From: Anthoceros angustus | Taxonomy: Eukaryota > Plantae > Anthocerotophyta | DNA length: 64,000 bases | Assembly (NCBI GenBank): GCA_010909165.1 | Contig: VJWM01000135.1 | Span: 656,964 to 720,963 of the forward strand | Direction of reading: 5' to 3' | Shown here: positions 60,169-64,000 of the stretch, one piece after another | Layout of the letters: each line of letters begins with the position of its first letter | How positions within the stretch are numbered: the stretch's first letter is position 1 | The notes under the pieces: model-generated | Seen by the model: only the letters and a program-made list of their open reading frames with translations | What the model was told of the DNA's origin: nothing | The model's database searches: none | Program-made: the position numbers and the translations under genes

Positions 60169-61699
60169 CTTCACGTCTTGTTGCATCCGTCTTGTGAATT
60201 CTTCAGGCTGTGTCACACGCACGAAGGAGTGTGTGTCCGGTCCTGGAGAAGTTCAATATTTTGTTGTGTGGCTTTCCATCCAGCTGCAGGAAGGCGCAGA
60301 GTAGCAACTCCAATCCCATCTCGGCCACCTCCCTTTGCCAATGCAGGTCGCTGCCACGATTCAGACGGTTTTCCAACTCTGACCACGTACGTCAGAGATT
60401 GTTTTTTTCGTCAGAGTTTTGTTCGCTATAATAATTGCAATAGCAATAGCAATGGCAGCAGCGTCTAGCAGAGCAGAGCAGTACTGGACTAGGTACTGCC
60501 GATTACGCAGTGCCGCAGCATTGTATTGTCAAATGGAGTTCCAACAATCTCCTCTGTTGTGATAGGCGTGCTCCGCTCTCATCAATGGAAAAGAAGTTCC
60601 AACAATCTCAAGCCCAGCTGTACAATGTGTTGTTTCAAATTGGGCATCCTCGAGGTCAGCACTTGCAATGTGCACATCCCCATTCGAAGCAATGGTCTCG
60701 ACTCTCGCACGCTCGCACCGCACTGTCTTGAGACTTCCGCGGGTGTTCCTTCAACGTTGTTATCAGGAGGCTTTGCGCACGTTGCTTGCCTCACCCTGGT
60801 CCCTGACAAGCAGGTAGTCAGGCAGGCAGGCAGGCAGGTTGGCAGGCGCTGGCGGCTGCGAGCCGTGAAGAAATCCGGTTCCCACCGAACCGGTCTGAAC
60901 GGGGACCCGCCCTCGCTCTCGGTTCCGTACCCGGAGGAATGAGAGGGAGACGCGTAACGCGCAACGGGCACAGGGCAACGCGCATCCGGGGATTGCGGAT
61001 TTAAGCTATGTAATTCGGGCAGCCGCGATGATTCAGGCAAAAAAGTAATGGTTTGTCCCTTTGTGTACCAAAAAGTGGTACGCTGCCCTGTTGCACACGC
61101 GGCTGGCGGAGAGCCCTGCGGGGAATCGGATCGAGGGCGCCGCTGCTTTCGGGTTTCGGGCCCAGGGCGACCGAGACAAGAGCCGACAGCGGATCCCGCC
61201 AACACCGGGCCAGGCCCAAAAGCGCCACGTTGCAATACGGACTCCGCATCCCCGGGAGCTTGAAGGAAAACCAACCCCTCTCTCTACATACGTACCATCT
61301 TTGGCCGACGCTGCCGCTGCCCTCCCTATTGCGACCGCCACCAGCTCACCTGACTTACCCAACCAATCTCTAATCTTTCCTAACAATCCCATCCTCCACA
61401 CGAATCTGCTCTAATCCTTTCCAACTCACCTCTCAAACATCTTCAGCCACATAACTAATTCGCTGGCCAGGGAATGTCTTAGAGCCACATAATTTGTAGT
61501 TTGAGTTATTAAAAATCTCATCTGGATGTTTTTTTAGTTTTATTTTTCATTTTTTTAGTTCATATAAACCTGCGACTATAACCAACTATACATATAACTA
61601 ATCTTTTCTATCATTATATATATACATGAACTACTATGTACATATATTGTTCCATTGTCTCACTTGCTCTTGAACGGGCTCTCTGCACGGCGACCATCC

Positions 61700-62160
61700 A
61701 CAAAGCGGGGACACCAGGTGACGCGGAATGGCGATATGTATTTGGGGGCATATAAAAACTTGTGCATGCAGCAAGAAGAAATGACGCGTTTGAATGGCGA
61801 TATTACGGAGATCAAGAAAGGAATGTTCCTAAGTTCCTTGCACTATAGACACTCTAGCAGGCCATTTTGGATTAAAAGATCATAGAAGTGAAGTTGGAAT
61901 CATCGAAATCTCACTTCCTTGTTCGTTGGTATATGACCGAGCATACAAATGCTTATGAGGGAGATATGTGGAGGAAATATATAATTCAAGGAAGTGGAAC
62001 CCAACATGGCTTCAAGCTAGGGAACAAAGGAGTAAAACCTTCTATCCCAAAAATATTCAACAGTCCATGTGAACGAAACGATAATCCTTTATTATGGATT
62101 TGTGTTGAATGCTCGAAAGCATTTACATGTTGTTGACAAGAAAGCGATCGTGATAAGTTG
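61700..62160 (+). pseudogene. Stop-interrupted, protein-like reading frame, probably TE-derived
   Basis: DAEWRYVFGG*...DAFEWRYYGDQERNVPKFL*...KIIEVKLESSKSHFLVRWYMTEH...; family not identified. Confidence 0.3.
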
Positions 62161-63820
62161 AGTGAATTACATTGGTTCATACCCGCTACTCAAAGTGCGG
62201 TGATCATGAAGATAGTGATGAAAATGGTGCTAACGACAAGCCCACACAACGAAGGAGTGAACTCGGAGATGAGTAAACTTGCTTGCATGGAGAAGGAATT
62301 GGGAGGAGGCAATGGTTGCCGTATACTCGAGATAAATGTAGGGATTGACTTCATCCAATTTAAATTATCTTGTCGCTTGTAGGAGCCTTTGTTATGGTAT
62401 GTAAGCGGTGAAAGCTTTTGTCCATTGCCATCGCTTTGCAATAAAAACCATGTTTCCTTATACGTGTTTTCAACACAACATTTAAATAATGTATGGGTTG
62501 GGGCCGATTAGGTGTCCCAAGAATATGGAAAATGTGTTGGCCATAGCCGGACACTTGACCAAGGATGACAAATATATATGCATGTTACGCATCACCCCAA
62601 CCCTCTTGGATCGGTTGCTTGTGTTTGTTATGGTGCTTGTGGTGTGGGGACCGAATAGGCAGCTAAACCTCGGGACAAGGCAGGCGATCGGCCGGTGCCC
62701 CGCCTCCACTAGCAGGCCAAGTATACGTTGCTTAAAACCCAGCGAGATGACCTTAACCCTTTGAAAACCCTAGACTTCAAAATGTATTTGCGGAAGACTT
62801 TGGTTTTTTGCTAACCATACTTTCCTACATTTGAGGCAAATCCGAGATAAGGGGATTGCTTTCCCGATGGTAAAGGTCAACGTGGGTCTTACTTTGCCAA
62901 ATCATATGGGTAAAGAATTGCGAACACCCTTCTACGGGCGTGTACCCATGTTGAAAAAGTGGGGCAAGGTGAATGGGACACCCTTTTTTGTGGTACTTTC
63001 ACTAAAAGGTGATGTCAAGCGATTTAAGACCCATGTGTGGTTAACCCTTTGGCACATGTTTAAGACAAAACCCTCATCATGTATATTCCCCTTGAAGGTT
63101 TACGTGTTGGGGCTCTTGTAGGACCAACAAAATCTCGCATGAACTCTAGGTGGCTCGTCCACAAACTCCTCCGCCTTGTTGCTCCACATTTGCGTCTTGA
63201 TGGTGGGCGGGGGTTGTGCATTTTGAGCCAAGGTGGTTACCAAAAGATCCAAAATCGCAATTCATGTAAAAATGTGTGGACAAAGTTGAAAAATCGAGGT
63301 TGACCAAACTTTTGCATTCTACAGCCATCATGTCCCCCAAGCAGATGGCCAACTAAGGTTACAATCAACCTCTACACTAGGCATTCACACACACTCAAGC
63401 AGATGCCCAAAAAGCATGTGAAAGGCAACTAGCAATAACATGGATCAAGCATCACACAAAGGCACAAAATGATGACCCAAACGTACTTGTGACATGTCAA
63501 GAAAGTGTGTGATGTGGTTGATGAAGGTTTTAGTGCGATCCGCACTTGGTATCTTTTGTGTTTGACAACTGGACAAGAAGCATTGGTTTCCCAAAACTAG
63601 ACGCGATGCTTGCTTTCACATAGTCCCAAGGATGTCGACCTTGCTTTCCTTCTAGCCCCACACCATGTTCTCTAGCACGAACATATCCTCCCCGCACCGG
63701 TGCTCAAAGCTTTGATGGATCGCCTCCGCTCACTCCTATGTGCCGAGAAAGGCTTGAAATGAGGCCTTGCCTTGGATATTCTCGATAAGATAATGTTGAA
63801 CAAGGTGTTCCTTGCTCATA

Positions 63821-63875
63821 TTTGTCACCAACTTGAACATCCTTAAGGTTTAAGAATGTTCAAGTTGGTGATAAA
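63821..63875. repeat. 26-bp inverted repeat with 2 mismatches and a 3-nt loop
   Basis: TTTGTCACCAACTTGAACATCCTTAA-GGT-TTAAGAATGTTCAAGTTGGTGATAAA. Confidence 0.85.
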
Positions 63876-64000
63876 TTTAAAGTTTAAAGTTTCAACTTGT
63901 GCAATTTTCAACAACAATGCTCCCAATGGTGGCTTTTGGCATCTAAACTTCCATATCTTTACGACATTTGTATCCACATAATCTCTAGAAATTGATGAGT

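Overview
Gene-dense eukaryotic nuclear DNA from a land plant with a compact genome. Most introns are about 80-300 bp GT-AG, coding sequence is GC3-rich, and several genes form tight head-to-head pairs. This fits a seed-free plant; a hornwort (Anthoceros-like) is my best guess and is an inference only. Fourteen protein-coding genes were reconstructed by hand: plastid transketolase, F-box protein, SDR, TSPO, SR45a-like RRM protein, ABCI10-like ATPase, P-class PPR, DUF1990/UPF0548, polyphenol oxidase, TAF1, NOP2, DUF3537 membrane protein, a mitochondrial carrier, and a TMEM186-like protein. A fifteenth locus is a DREB-type AP2/ERF ORF with an unresolved start. Two repeat/TE-rich blocks separate the genes. 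The first (about 10.7-16.5 kb) holds several tandem arrays. The second (about 47-54.3 kb) holds an internally deleted Copia element with both LTRs, PBS and TSD, plus a pogo/Tigger transposase relic. Most notable: the mitochondrial carrier has no start codon of its own and appears to begin with a degenerate DnaJ first exon (HPD to YPD), a candidate exon-shuffled chimera. Also notable are a 5x16-aa repeat inside TAF1, a TA-flanked pogo-type MITE, a tRNA-Ile-like relic, a PPO with HTAVHR and HLH CuB motifs, and an antisense exon-like ORF carried inside the Copia element. No database searches were run; family assignments rest on motifs I recognise.
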